DNA of 64,000 nucleotides from Octopus vulgaris (Eukaryota): NCBI GenBank assembly GCA_951406725.2, contig OX597835.1, positions 2,542,001 to 2,606,000 of the forward strand, read 5' to 3'. Shown piece by piece: positions 14,346 to 28,546 of this stretch (position 1 is its first letter; each line of letters starts with the position of its first letter). The notes under the pieces were generated by a model. It saw only the letters and a program-made list of their open reading frames with translations, ran no database searches and was not told where the DNA came from. The position numbers and the translations under genes were made by a program.

Positions 14346-14847
14346 ATATTTGTAATAGTTTAATAAATGAATTTAATTGAAATTTCCTTAAAATTTCACG
14401 GATTAATGGCATAAATGAGATATTTGATGCGATTGTCGTCCAAAATTAGGGTTGTTAGAAAACTCATGATTGTTGGTTATTGTTTGCATATTTTTACCAT
14501 TTCATTCCTTGGCGCAACATACGTGAATTTATTTCCAGGATAAATTACAAAATCAAACTTCTGCTCGTTAATATTTTATATTTCAACTATCTTTCTGACG
14601 TTTATTCAAAGTGTTAATTTCAAAATTGAAAAGGTAGTAGTAGGAGAAGGAGGAGGAGGGGAGAAGACGAAGTAGCAGCAGCAGCATTAACAGCAACAAC
14701 ACTTATTGATATTTTTGGAGTGGAGAGTATTTTGCTGGGTGTTTGGATCCTTTGTTTTGTCTGACTTCGTGATCTCACCGATTTTCCCCTTGTATAAAAA
14801 CAATGGAACGTATGACATTTATCCACAAGATTCACAGGTGCAGAACG

Positions 14848-15504
14848 TTAATTTACAAAAAAAATCAGAAAAAATATCACAGTTTGGAGTTTAACGTTAT
14901 TAGCCACATGGATCATATTCTGAGAACTACAACGGCAGGAATGAAAAAATCGGCATGTACAAGTAACCTCTTCGCAGCAAGGAGAATTTGGTATAAAATA
15001 GGTGCCGGCACAGTACACTTTTTTACACTTGTGTTCATTTCTCTTAATCTTGTCACTGTAAATACAGAATATGATAGGAAATAGAAAATATTATTAAATT
15101 AAGGTGTCTCTTCAAGGGAGAAAGCAAAGAATATTTAGAGCTGGGATTAGATGATACTGGTGTTTAACTTATCGACGGGACTTGAACTCACAACATGCAC
15201 AACCGAAACAAGTATCCCCAAGTCATTTTTCTGTTCTTTTAACTATCACCTAGTGTATTTTCTCGAATTTTTGAACGACTAAGTATATAAATATATATCC
15301 AGAATTTCATAAGTAGATGTAGACAGTGACAGAGATTTTTAGGCGCAGGAGTGGCTGTGAGGAAAGTAGCTTTCTTACCAACCACATGGTTCCGAGTTCA
15401 GTCGCACTCCGTGGCATTTTTGGGCAAGTGATTGCTACTATTGGCTAGGGCCGACCAAAGCCTTGTGAGCGGATTTGGTAGACAGAATCTGAAAGAAGCA
15501 CGCC

Positions 15505-15544
<40 letters not shown>

Positions 15545-16262
15545 GCATGTATATGTTTCTGTATCTGTGTTTGTCCCCCACCACCACCATCACTTGACAA
15601 CCGATGCTGGTGTGTTTACGTCCCCGTAACCTAGCAGTTCGGCAAAATAGACCGATAGGATAAGTACTAGGCTTACAAAGAATATGTTACCAAAAAAACA
15701 GGCTAATCAGATATGAGATATTAATAATTCAAAGTAAATAACTCTGAAAAGTATCTTTGTTCGTTCCCAGAGAATATTACCCTCAGGAGCGTTAGTGCTG
15801 ATATATTCGTGAATAAGGCACAAAACAAAATAAGTGGATCTATTGTTTAGGAAAATAATATTTATTTGTCTAACGGTTGTACTGGATAAATTGCAAAAAT
15901 AACTAATAGTTCTAATACTAAGAAATAAACATATTCAATTTCATTTTTACCGCATAATTTAGGAAAATGAATGAGTTATTTCCCTTGGCTATATATAAGG
16001 TTCCCTTCCAGGGATGAACAGGTTATTTCCTTTGGTTTTTAAAATAGAATATATTATATATTTATAAGGATCCCTTTTAGGGCCCCTATTATCGATGTTT
16101 TCAATAATCTGAGTATGCCATGAGGTTCAAGACATGAGTTCTACTAACATGTTAAGTGTCATCAACATCGATAAAACGATGTAAAAGGAGTTAGCTAACA
16201 ACTTCACAAGCACACGCACAGATAAAACATCCTACATATGTAGTATATTATATATATAAACA

Positions 16263-16334
<72 letters not shown>

Positions 16335-17144
16335 TCTACGCATTTGTCCGTAAATATTCTCCATTTTGTTTACTGTGAATGAAATGTTCTTACTTCAAGC
16401 ATATCTGGCTTGTATAACTCTATGATTTTTATTTCTGCCCCAAGCAATTCGCATTTGACGGAACGCTATATTTGAAATGTTCACAGTGAAAAGTATTTTC
16501 TCTGTTTTCTATAACTAAAATCAGACTTTCCTTAACATTTTGATGTAGATTGTGTATATATGTTGCACTGGTATCTAACACCATACCTGGATAAACATAA
16601 CCGTTTACTGCAAAACAAATGTATCATGTGATCCTCACACAGAAAATCATGAAATCGTCATCTTTTCAAATATAGAACTTTCTAAAAGAGCATCATTTTA
16701 CGTATGTTTCAATTAATGGCTTCTCTATTTCTTTTGTCTCTTAGTGATTTCAGCTACTAATCTCGGCATGGAAGAACTTGAAAAATAATCGATGAACAGG
16801 TACCCCAGGTATTCGTCTGATACCAGAAGGAATTAATGCATGGGCAAATGCGCAGCAATGTGCAGAATAGCAACAATCATTGAAAGCAATTGTCCTGGAA
16901 ATGCGACTGGTGCATTTCTTTCCAACTGCAATGCTACGTCGTAGGCATTCCGGAACCGGAACACGTCGATTTTGCTCTACCTGTGGGAAAGATTTCGGTA
17001 AATGTCCAAAAATGATTTCAAGATTCTACATTCCATTTTAGACATGACGTTCTTGCCAAACACGCACACACACACAAACATATACAACACACGGACATAT
17101 ACAACACACACGCACAGGGGCGCGCACGCACACACACATACACA

Positions 17145-17193
<49 letters not shown>

Positions 17194-17837
17194 AAGCACA
17201 CACACACAAACATACACACACGCATGCAAACTGAGTTTGTAGTTCACAAAACACGATTCACGTGATGGATAACGGTATGATGCTGACTGTAATATTATAC
17301 TGACATTACACTCGTGTTGTGAGTATGGAGAATAGATATCATTCATTAGGTTGTTGAGAAACAAGGAGAGAACTGGCGGTTCACGATGATACGGCATTGG
17401 ATCTTTAACATCAACGTGGAAGTCGTAGTGAAGGACAAACACACACACACACGTACATACATACACACCTACATACATACATACATACATATACAGATGT
17501 GTGTGTATGTGTGTGTGTGTGTGGAGGCGCAATGGCCTACTGGTTAGGGCAGCGGACTCTCGGTCGGAGTATCGAGGTTTCGATTCCCAGACCAGGCGTT
17601 GTGTGTGTTTATTGAGCGAAAACACCTAAAAGCTCCACAAATTTCAGGCAGGGGTGGAGGCCGACCCCTGTTGTACTCTTTCTCTCACTCTCTTTCTCTC
17701 TCTTCCTGTTTCTTGAGTAACGCTGGGATGGTCTAGCGTCCCGTCCAGCTGGGGAGAGGGAACTCATAACCGAAAGAAACTGGGAAACCGGGCCCATGTG
17801 CCTAGCTAGGCTTGAAAAGGGTGATTTTGATCGTTTC

Positions 17838-17918
<81 letters not shown>

Positions 17919-19876
17919 CGGACTTATTTTCAGTTTCCGTTTTCCAAGTTCACTTAAAGGGCTTGGGTCGGCCTGACTGTTGTGTAGAAAATAGGCATCA
18001 GTTATTAGAAATAGAGTTTCATTTCTTTCGTTCATCCATTCATCCGTACACACACATGTACGCACACACAAACACACACATACATACATACACATACAAA
18101 CAAATATAAATTTTTACAAGGAAAAGTTTGACAGTGACTGCGCAGTTTCAGTTTGCTCTCCCTCACAAGACTAACTAATGAATAAAACACAAAGTTTGCC
18201 ATAACAGGATTTGAATTCAGAACACGGGAGGATGGAATTAAATAATAAATTATCATACATTTCAGGGCTCAGGTCGGGCCACAACGGAGTGTTGCGTTCA
18301 CATCTGGCATGATGCTGTTCCTATACACACAACTGTCTTAGACCGCATCCAGAGAAAGAGTACTTCACTTATTGCCCACCAGCATGTTGTTTCCTCTCTC
18401 CGTCTTTTCTAACGCTACTGCACCTATAATGGCGTCTGCTCTCTGAATCTCGCCTCCACCCAGACGTTCTCATATTATTCATCTTTCTCCTTCTCATCAT
18501 TCTAGTTGTGTCCAAACCTCAGGCCCAACAGTAATTCCTACACCTATTCCTTCCCTCTCAGGATACCAGCTTCATGGAATTCCATCACGGTTCATTCCTT
18601 TTCCGTAAGTGTTTACTTACAAAGTTTAAAGATGAAAGTGATGGCAAAAATTTTGTAGGCAAAATATTAAAAAAAAAATATTTGATTTTTACTCATGAAA
18701 GTAATTTTCTTTTCGATAAATCTCGCTTCATATCTTCCCCTTTCAGATTTTCTGTTACGCAGAAACTATAATTTAGAAACAGTCTCAGAATTTGAATTTG
18801 CCAATATTTAATAATTTTTCTATCATAGACACAAGGGCCTGAAACGTTGATGGAGGCTGCTACTCTGTTACATGGACACTTGCTCCCAGCTAGCATTTAT
18901 TTCAGCGACCCAGAAATAATTGAAGATGCAGTCAACATCGGCGAAATTTCAACCCAAAACTTAAAGCCGGAATTAGTGCCACAAAGTGTTTTATCCAGAG
19001 TGCTAATGATCGTGCCAACTTACCGCCTGGGCAATAGTTAATTAATTACATATATAAGAGATGTAGATATGTAGTTCTTACCTACGAGCCATTTCACTCA
19101 AAATTACATTAGCTCCTTTCTGTTGATGGACGGGAGAGACGTCTGAAAGAGACATTGAAATACACATGGAAGAATTAGATATCAATTTACCAAAGTTTTG
19201 TGTAGAAATACACAAAAGGTGCAGGATCATTACGACTGGAACTCATATTTCCTCGCTCAGACTGTTAATATGGCCCATCACTGTAGTGATGGACATTTCT
19301 AATGCATAAAGGAGATAAAAACCAATGGAGCAATTAAAAGGAAAGAGAAGAAAAGAAAAGAAACAAACAAACAATACACGAGACATTATATACAGCTCCT
19401 GCTGATTCTATTCTTTAATGATTTTAATAATTATGAGTCCAAAAGGCGGTGGCGAACTGACGGAATTCTTAGCTCGACAGACAATATGCTTAGCGGCATT
19501 TCGACCGTGCTTACCTTCTGATCTTATATAGAAGTAACAGATCAGAGCACACCACTAGAATTCTTCTTGGTTTGTATATAAAAGATTCGTCAGTCATATT
19601 GTTAATGAAATGTTTTATATTATGTTGAAGAATCGTAATTCTGAATATTTGACCTATGTGTAGAGTTATTTCTTTGAAAGTTGTAATTACATATAAATGG
19701 GGTCCATACGAAGTACCGCTGGGGTAAGGTTATTCATTTTTCTTCTCTCCCTCTTTTCTCCCACTACATACCTAATGACTATAAAATAAAAGATATTTCT
19801 TATTATACTTACTTTGTTTATCGGAGAAGGTGTATGAAATGGATACACAAAACAATAGGACACTGATGCTTTTCAT
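14848..19876 (-). CDS. Knottin prepropeptide gene 2 (exons 19876-19813, 19142-19082, 15055-14848); 110 aa
   Basis: Exons A and B are identical to gene 1. Exon C is not in the ORF track; by hand it reads (S)DKIKR-NEHKCKKVYCAGTYFIPNSPCCEEVTCTCRFFHSCRC-SSQNMIHVANNVKLQTVIFFLIFFVN*. Splice sites and frame are intact. Confidence 0.88.
15281..15680 (+). mobile_element. tRNA-derived SINE family B (ggcgcaggagtggctgtg...; copies 10515-10830 -, 32010-32120, 45365-45715, 53420-53832 -, 63370-63705 -)
   Basis: Shared head and body with an internal (TA)n and a gataggataagtactaggcttac tail. Confidence 0.7.
17521..17825 (+). mobile_element. tRNA-derived SINE family C (ggaggcgcaatggcc...ggtttcgattccc; copies 8155-8502 -, 24205-24432 -, 30790-31095 -, 32998-33245, 47480-47780, 61375-61680 -)
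   Basis: tRNA-like A and B boxes followed by a shared cgtcccgtccagctgggg...gggcccatg body. Confidence 0.7.
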
Positions 19877-21001
19877 CACGCACCTACTGATAGAGAAATA
19901 AAACAACGGGAGTCATTAGAAACGGAATCTGCAGCTGAAATTTAGGTAACACCTATATTTTTTTCGCTATCCAAACTTATTTCACTGAAAATCCGAGCTT
20001 CACGACATTATGGTTTAAACAATAAGTAGCTAATTTAATTGCACCAATAGTACTAATGCAAATTTAATTCCACCAAAAGTACTAATGTAAATATATAACT
20101 CAGGTGAAGATGATGTCTTCGAAGCATTTGTCCGTAAATATTCTCCATACGGTTGACTGTGAATGAAATGTTCTTACTTCAAAAGTATCTGGCTTCTATA
20201 GAATATATTGGTTTGACTTCTGTCCGAAACAAGTATTTGAGGCTTGTCAAATACTTACACACATACACAAACACACACCATATAAAAACGCTGTATAAAA
20301 AAATGTTGTTTTTACTGCTATGTCAAATATAGACCAGAACCAAAATGTATTCACACGTTTCAAATCAAAGAATACTGGTGCAACAACTCAATAAAAACAG
20401 CAACCCGATGATAGCAAAATTGTTGCATGAATTTGAGGGCTGCAGTCGTGCTCTGTTGCAAAGTTTGATGGATGTGAATGTCTCGTCATTATAAAAGAAA
20501 ATAAGAACATCTTTCGTAAATTAATGAGAAACGTACAGCACAAATATCCAGCCTAAATATGTTTACTTGTTTCTTCACAAATAATTAGCATTAACCAAAA
20601 CATTAGAATTAGAAAAGCTCGAGCTCATCCAAAAAGTACGGGGTAAACTGATTCACATTTTCCAAATACAGTCGATGAGATATAAAATGAAAATTTGTAA
20701 AACATTCCGCTTATTCTCTGCACGGTTTTTGGACCGTACACATACAAACAGGCAACAAAGAAAATATGTTTTTCCACTACCACCACCACCATCATCATTA
20801 CCATGATATACTCTCTGTGTGTATTATGGCGGTGAGTAGGTGGAAACGTTAGCTCAGCGGGCGAAATGCTTAGCGGTATTTCCTCTGTCATTCGAAACTT
20901 TCTATTCTCAGTCAAGAACAGCTTCATCCTCGCAATTTCGGCTGATTAATCTTGAAATTGCTCCAATCCGGCCAGCCCTAAAGACACCTGTTGTTATGTC
21001 C

Positions 21002-21080
<79 letters not shown>

Positions 21081-21897
21081 ATTATTATTATTATTGAATT
21101 TTTTATTTATATTCGTGTAACAGCTCCTGTTTTTCCGTCCTTGTTTTCTTATACATTCGATGCTTTCTTCCAAGGAATCTAATGCTCTCAGCTTAGTTTT
21201 TCCTCAGGTCGATTAAATAAGTACCAGTTATGCACTGGGGTCGATGTAATCGACTTAATCCGTTTATCTGTCCTTGTTTGTTTTCTCTGTGTTAAGCCCC
21301 TTGTGGATAGTAAATAGGTATTTCATCTGTCTTAACGTTCAAATTTCACCGAGGTCGACTTAGCCTTTCGGGGGTCGATAAATTAAGTACCAGTTGCCTA
21401 CTGGAGTCGATCTAACCAACTGGCCCCCTCCACCAAAAAATGTCGGCCCTTGTGTCTAGAATAGAAAAGAATATTTCAACAACAGTAAAGGTGACGTGCT
21501 TGTAGAATCGTTAGAGCACCCAACAAAATACGTGGCGGCATTTCGTCCGTTTTACGCTCTGAGTTCAAATTCCGCCGATGTCGACTTTAACATTCGTTCT
21601 TTCGGGTCCGATAAAGTAAAGTCCCAGTTGAGTACATGAAACGACCTAACCCCTCCCCGCGAAGTTGCTGCCCCTGTGCCAAAATTTGAAACCAATATGT
21701 GTTTTAAAGCTGTTACTTACTCTGTTGAGTCTTTCGCTGAACCGCAAAACAAGGAAACTCCACAAACCAACGCCAGCTGTCAAACGGTGTTGAAATGAAA
21801 CACAACGACAAAGAAGCCAATATATGCATATTTATATGTGGGTGTGCAGTGGGGGAATAACTCTCTGTCTGTCTCCCTCTCTCTCTCTCTCCCTCTC

Positions 21898-21943
<46 letters not shown>

Positions 21944-22116
21944 AAATACGAGACAAGAATGGGAGTTTCTTCACCCCACATTAGCTTTATGTTGACGGGT
22001 TTATTAATCTTAATGATTTCTATGCATTTGAACATAATCCAACAACAGCTGTCTGCCGTATCTTTGAGTGATGTACGAGATTTTTACCCAAATTACACCA
22101 AGCAAACATATATAAT

Positions 22117-22189
<73 letters not shown>

Positions 22190-22192
<3 letters not shown>

Positions 22193-23428
22193 TAGGGAGT
22201 AAATCCAAACTTACAAGAAAAAATTAGATTTAGGATTAAATCTAATTTTATAGTATAATTTACGGAGTTGAGATATTACACTCAATAAACGTAATTTATC
22301 AATATATTAATATATTAATTTTTTATATAAATATTGACGGTTATGTAATTATTTAATTATTGTATTTTTTCTATATAATTATTAGATATTAACTTTACGT
22401 TTATTCCTAAGACTTTACTTAGCCAAAGAGATATATTGTTCGTTAACAGTTATACGAGTTGCTTAAAGTTAGGTTTTATGTATATACATGTATTGATAGC
22501 ATAAATTTTAGTCTTAAATAACTATATTTGTTGATAGTTATTTTAAATTTCTTATAATTGTTATTATAACTTGTATATTGTTTTTTTAAATCGATAATTG
22601 GTAGCAATATTCTTCCCATCGATAAATACTTTTGTAGTATTTATTTGATGCTATTTAACCACGGATTGATTATTTCATTAAGCATTTTATTATTCTATTT
22701 TAACTATACGAGTTTTGAAAGTTATTAGTTTGCCAAAGAGATATATAGATCGTTAATTTGTTATAGCGTTCGTTTAAGATTGTTTGTTTGTTTTTTTACA
22801 ATTAGCTATTTCATCTTTAATCTTTTAATCTTTTAATATTTTTATAAGTAATAATGAATAATTAATTTATTAGGTCTTTATTATACGTGCATATATATTT
22901 ATTGATAGAGATAATTTTAGATCTTAATTCTAATATTTATATACATTTATATATTTTCATTGATAATTTATTTATTATTCATATATTATATAATTATTTG
23001 ACTTGAAATTATATTTAATAATATGAATAGTCATTCTTTTTTCTTTTGTAAAATATTTATGTAATTAGATAGTGACGTTAACTGATATTAGATTATTTGT
23101 GGGTTTTTTACCTTAAGAGTTAATACTTAAAAATTAATATTTAACATTATAAACGATTGTATGACATAATAATCGTTAAGTTTCTAGTTTGATAACAGAG
23201 TTTTTTTATAACAAAAAATTATTATTTTATTTATTTCTTAAAAGATATTGTTTAAATATTTCTGAATATTCATTTAAATATTATAATTAACCTGAAGATT
23301 GACTATAACCATAATTTGAATTATTAATTGAATTTAAATTATTGTTATTCGAATTGGTTTATGGGCATGAAACGATCGTAGTGGTTTTACTCTTTATATC
23401 ATATTGTACTTTTAATACTTTTTGATAG

Positions 23429-23464
<36 letters not shown>

Positions 23465-23507
23465 ATAATAACAATAATAATAATAATAATAATTATATAT
23501 ATATAAT

Positions 23508-23595
<88 letters not shown>

Positions 23596-23766
23596 AATTT
23601 ATAAGTACAAATTATTAATTTAAATACTTTTAAAAATTTTAACTTTAATTTAAATATTTTAAATTTTGAATTTTATTATATATATTTTTTATTAATTAAC
23701 TTTATTTCTATGTATTGGTTTATGATTTGCACTGTTTGATTTGTCTAATAGTGGTTTTATCTCTAA

Positions 23767-23771
<5 letters not shown>
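22190..23771. mobile_element. Remnants of Penelope-like terminal repeat sequence (both orientations)
   Basis: 22190-22258 matches the element end at 54527-54592. About 23250-23771 matches the reverse complement of ~54610-54870, including the hammerhead-like motif. Confidence 0.6.
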
Positions 23772-23812
<41 letters not shown>

Positions 23813-23984
23813 TTAGAGATAAAAACCACTATCAGACAAATCAAACAGTGCAAATCATAAACCAATACATAGAAATAAAGTTAATTAATAAAAAATATAT
23901 ATAATAAAATTCAAAATTTTAAATATTTAAATTAAAGTTAAAATTTAAAAAAGTATTTAAATTAATAATTTGTACTTATAAATT

Positions 23985-24068
<84 letters not shown>

Positions 24069-24102
24069 TTATTATTATTATTATTATTATTATTGTTATT
24101 AT

Positions 24103-24142
<40 letters not shown>

Positions 24143-24189
24143 CTATTAAAAAGTATTAAAAGTTCAATATGATATAAAGAGTAAAACCA
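23382..24189. repeat. Near-perfect inverted repeat (~390-bp arms) centred on (TA)n
   Basis: 23382-23771 is the reverse complement of 23808-24189. A deleted version of the same fold-back occupies 1-368. Confidence 0.85.
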
Positions 24190-24441
24190 TATATATATAT
24201 ATTGTTCCTTCTCGAAATGCCCGATACCGATCCGTTGCAAGTGAACTGCAAAATGCAGCAGTGAGAGAAAGTTTTGGCGAAAGAGTCAGCAAAGTTCGTC
24301 ACTACCTTCTGCCGGAGCCGCGAGCTGCTTAGGTGTTTCGCTCATAAATGCACACATCGCCCGCTCTGAGATTCGAACCCGTGATTCCTCGACCGCGATT
24401 CCGCGGCTCTAACCAGTAGGCCTTGTGCGTCCATATATATA

Positions 24442-24523
<82 letters not shown>

Positions 24524-24524
24524 C

Positions 24525-24623
<99 letters not shown>

Positions 24624-25169
24624 ACTGCACTTTAAGCTTCCGTGCAGTTTCCAAATAGACACTCACCCGTGCGTCTACATTGGCATTACTAACTTACATG
24701 ACCCAAAATTGTAATTTATACCATAATTTTTTTTATTGTATTCGTCCTTTTGAATTAATTTACTGTGTGTAAATCTGACTGCGTCTTCAGAATTCTTTTA
24801 AACAAGAATCAAATACGTTCCTGTTACGTCGACTTTCTGAAAATGACCCTCACATTAAACCCTATTCAGTTCAACCGTTCCCAACTTCCTTTAAGTGTTA
24901 CGTCTGCATGTAGAGAGCCAGATGATTAATTACTTATTAGTTAATGAGACCATTGTTTTTTAATTGTCAGCATCTGTGTTAATTAGTAATTAAAAAGTCA
25001 CTTTAATGTATAATCTTATTTATGTTTTTCACGTGTATCTGTCAACTACGCAACACAGTGGCCATCGTTGAGTATAGATTATTCGACTACAAGACCTGTT
25101 GTCCTTAAGAAGTATATCATCTGGAATCAAGGTGACTATAGCCATCATCATTTTACCTACGACAATCAT

Positions 25170-25283
25170 GTTTTGTGCCTTTTAGCTATCATTCCCAGGG
25201 CACCTATGACAACAGGTATTGTTTTAGTCTTCAGGGTCCACATTTTGCTCATTTCTATTTCAAGATCTTTATATTTGCTCAGT
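25170..25283 (-). mobile_element. R4/Dong-like non-LTR retrotransposon fragment (C-terminal restriction-like endonuclease region)
   Basis: Minus strand LSKYKDLEIEMSKMWTLKTKTIPVVIGALGMIAKG; abuts a long (ATT)n tract. Confidence 0.65.
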
Positions 25284-25284
25284 T

Positions 25285-25403
<119 letters not shown>

Positions 25404-25407
25404 TATG

Positions 25408-25479
<72 letters not shown>

Positions 25480-26754
25480 TCTATGGCCGTCGGCCTGTGA
25501 AGTCATGCACGTTGGACCTCTGTAATATGGCGTTTAATCAAGCATTTCGGCTGGCTGCAGCCCTTTTATTTAAAATTTTATTTAACATGTATTTTGCTTA
25601 CATTTTCTGAATCGTGTATGTATGTGTATGACGCTATTGTGTGCGATATACTATGTGTGCTTGTATTTGAATATTTGATATGTTTACGTATCAGCGTATA
25701 TATGTAAGAGAGTGAGCGTATTCCTGTTTAGAGTTGGGCTGTGTTGGATAAAGTGTGTACGCATGAAATTAATAAATACGTGTAATTACTTATATATATG
25801 AGTGTAAGTGTGCTTTTGTGTGTGTGTGTGTGTGTTTGTGTGTGTGACTGAGAGGGAGGCTATCTGACGTATGTGTGTTTTGTAGGAAGGTGGAGGTGAG
25901 ACGACCTGGATGGCAGTGTCGGGCTGGGTGAAAATAAAGAAATCTCATATAAAGCAGCAAAACTGTAATACTATAACGATTAGAAATATATAGTATATTG
26001 ATTATAATGGTAAATAAGGGCAATTAAAGAGTAATTAAAACCATACACAAATACGAACTAAAAATAATAAATTCTTTCAAATATATAAAGAAATATAAAG
26101 TATAAACAAAACAATATAATAAATATAAAATGTAAAATAAAAAAAATTGAAATCATACGTTGTAACTACGGGTGAGTAATGTGAGAAAATATCATTAATA
26201 ACAATTAATAAAAAGAACACTCAGAGAGCGCAAACCTCCGCCAAGGCAACACCAATGTTCTCTCAACGATTATCTAGAGATGATTTTTTAAAATGAGAAT
26301 ATCTGAAATAAATTCGACAGCTCTCACAAACGAGAATACTAAAAATTAACCCGACCGCTCTTAAAAATTAAGTAAAAAACAGGAAAAATAATCCAGAACC
26401 CTTGTCCTGTTTCGGATCGATCCCAAAATCTAATCACTTCGTGTCAGTCACGAGGCCAAACATCCCTGAAAGTTTCATCCGAATCCATCCAGGACAAACA
26501 AACAAACACAAGCGAAAACAATACACAGTAATAATAAACGGGTATTATGCAATAAATACAATGAATACAAAAGAACAAGTCGTAGAAAGGGGTTAACAAC
26601 TTTGAGAGTTGAGACAATTTTTGTCTTATAGATTATAAACAATTCGATACCGAGAGAGAATTATATGCACAAAGGTATATAAACCTTTGAATCATAAATA
26701 TAGAGACAGATCTACTTATTACTGTAAAAAACGTTTCCTTGAGTATTTATTGTG

Positions 26755-27100
26755 CGACTCTTACTCTATCTCTTTACGTCTCTACTCTTACTCTATCTCT
26801 TTCCATCTCTACTCTTACTCTATCTCTTTCCATCTCTACTCTTACTCTATCTCTTTCCATCTCTACTCTTACTCTTTCTCTTTCCATCTCTACTCTTACT
26901 CTATCTCTTTCCATCTCTACTCTTACTCTATCTCTTTCCATCTCTACTCTTACTCTATCTCTTTCCATCTCTACTCTTACTCTATCTCTTTCCATCTCTA
27001 CTCGTACTCTATCTCTTTCCATCTCTACTCTTACTCTATCTCTTTCCATCTCTACTCTTACTCTATCTCTTTCCATCTCTACTCTTACTCTATCTCTTTC
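26755..27100. repeat. 27-bp minisatellite, ~13 copies (ctctactcttactctatctctttccat), decaying into a pyrimidine tract to ~27350
   Basis: Direct reading; explains the overlapping repetitive ORFs 26687-27437. Confidence 0.95.
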
Positions 27101-27629
27101 CGTCCTAGCTTGCTTCTCTTGTATTTTTCTTCTCTCTCTCACTCCCTCTCTCTCTCACTTTCCATCTCTCCCTTCCTCTCTTTCTTTCTTCTCTTACTCT
27201 ATCTCTTTCCATCACTACTCTTACTCTTCTTGTACCATTCTCTTCCCTCTCTTTCTCCCTGTCTCTATCAGTTACTCTCCAGTCTCTCTGCTCCTTCGTT
27301 CTCTCTCTCTTTCTCTCTGTTCCCACTCTTTCCCTCTCTCATTCCCTGATCCTTCTACCCTCCACAACACTTCCTTTCTCCTACCGTATGTCCAGTGTCC
27401 AGCTAAGGCGGTTTGTTCTTTTTCGCCCTGCCTTTGATCAGACTGGTCATGCTAGTCTGGGCTCTTGCTACGTCCTCTAGCACATTCTCCATTTCATTTT
27501 TGCGCCACCCCACTAAGTTCGTTCCATTGCTGCAAAGCTCTTTCTGTTGTATTTGTGGTACGTGTATAATTATTCTTTTTCTCTTGTTGTAAAGCTTTGT
27601 GCTGTTACATATGCATAATTGCTTGGCCA

Positions 27630-27719
<90 letters not shown>

Positions 27720-27720
27720 A

Positions 27721-28511
27721 TAATAATTCTCTAAAAGAGATATAGACAGTAACTGCTCGATAACATAAGGGACTAAAGCCATCTGAATATGGCTAGGGAC
27801 AGGGCAGGGTGGTGGGGGTGTTACTGTTGCATTTAGCCCCAGGCGAACATCGACGTCACCAGAAAGGCTCGACACCGTCACGGTGTCCTTATCCTGCAAA
27901 GGGAGGTAATTCCCCGATGAAGCGGAAACCACACACGGACCATGGTTTCAAGGTGTATTGCCTATCGTCGGCGTGTGGTAGGCTTCCGCTTCCTCGACGA
28001 ATTCTCACTCTGCAGGATATTCATATATAGATTTTCAAGCAAAATACATTTGCTGATTTCGAAAATCTGTTCGAAAGCAATAATAATTCTCTAAAAGAGA
28101 TATAGACAGTAACTGCTCGATAACATAAGGGACTAAAGCCATCTGAATATGGCTAGGGACAGGGCAGGGTGGTGGGGGTGTTACTGTTGCATTTAGCCCC
28201 AGGCGAACATCGACGTCACCAGAAAGGCTCGACACCTTGAAAATCTATATATGAATATCCTGCAGAGTGAGAATTCGTCGAGGAAGCGGAAGCCTACCAC
28301 ACGCCGACGATAGGCAATACACCTTGAAACCATGGTCCGTGTGTGGTTTCCGCTTCATCGGGGAATTACCTCCCTTTGCAGGATAAGGACACCGTGACGG
28401 TGTCGAGCCTTTCTGGTGACGTCGATGTTCGCCTGGGGCTAAATGCAACAGTAACACCCCCACCACCCTGCCCTGTCCCTAGCCATATTCAGATGGCTTT
28501 AGTCCCTTATG

Positions 28512-28514
<3 letters not shown>
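27721..28514. repeat. GC-richer element arranged as partial tandem plus inverted copy, between (TA)n tracts
   Basis: 27721-27876 is repeated at 28081-28236; ~27760-28038 is repeated inverted at 28236-28514 (mirror ORFs 27809..28030 and 28245..28466). Confidence 0.85.

Positions 28515-28546
<32 letters not shown>

Larger units (their letters stand above)
5310..20670. repeat. Large inverted duplication: 5310-11350 versus 14835-20670 (genes 1 and 2 tail-to-tail, ~3.5-kb spacer)
   Basis: Mirror ORFs 7078+/18693-, 7203-/18574+, 8399+/17038-. Confidence 0.9.
11585..20890 (+). repeat. Segmental duplication: direct copy at ~40670-50840 (gene 2 block = gene 4 block)
   Basis: Colinear and near-identical, with duplicated ORFs (e.g. 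12576/41854, 13278/42556, 18693/48686). Confidence 0.9.

Noticed and set aside
26687-27437. Long repetitive ORFs in several frames
   Set aside because: Products of a stop-free 27-bp minisatellite.
27910-27955. Hammerhead-like ccGATGA...GAAAC motif
   Set aside because: The core is CCGATGA rather than CTGATGA, there is no stem II and stem I does not pair.
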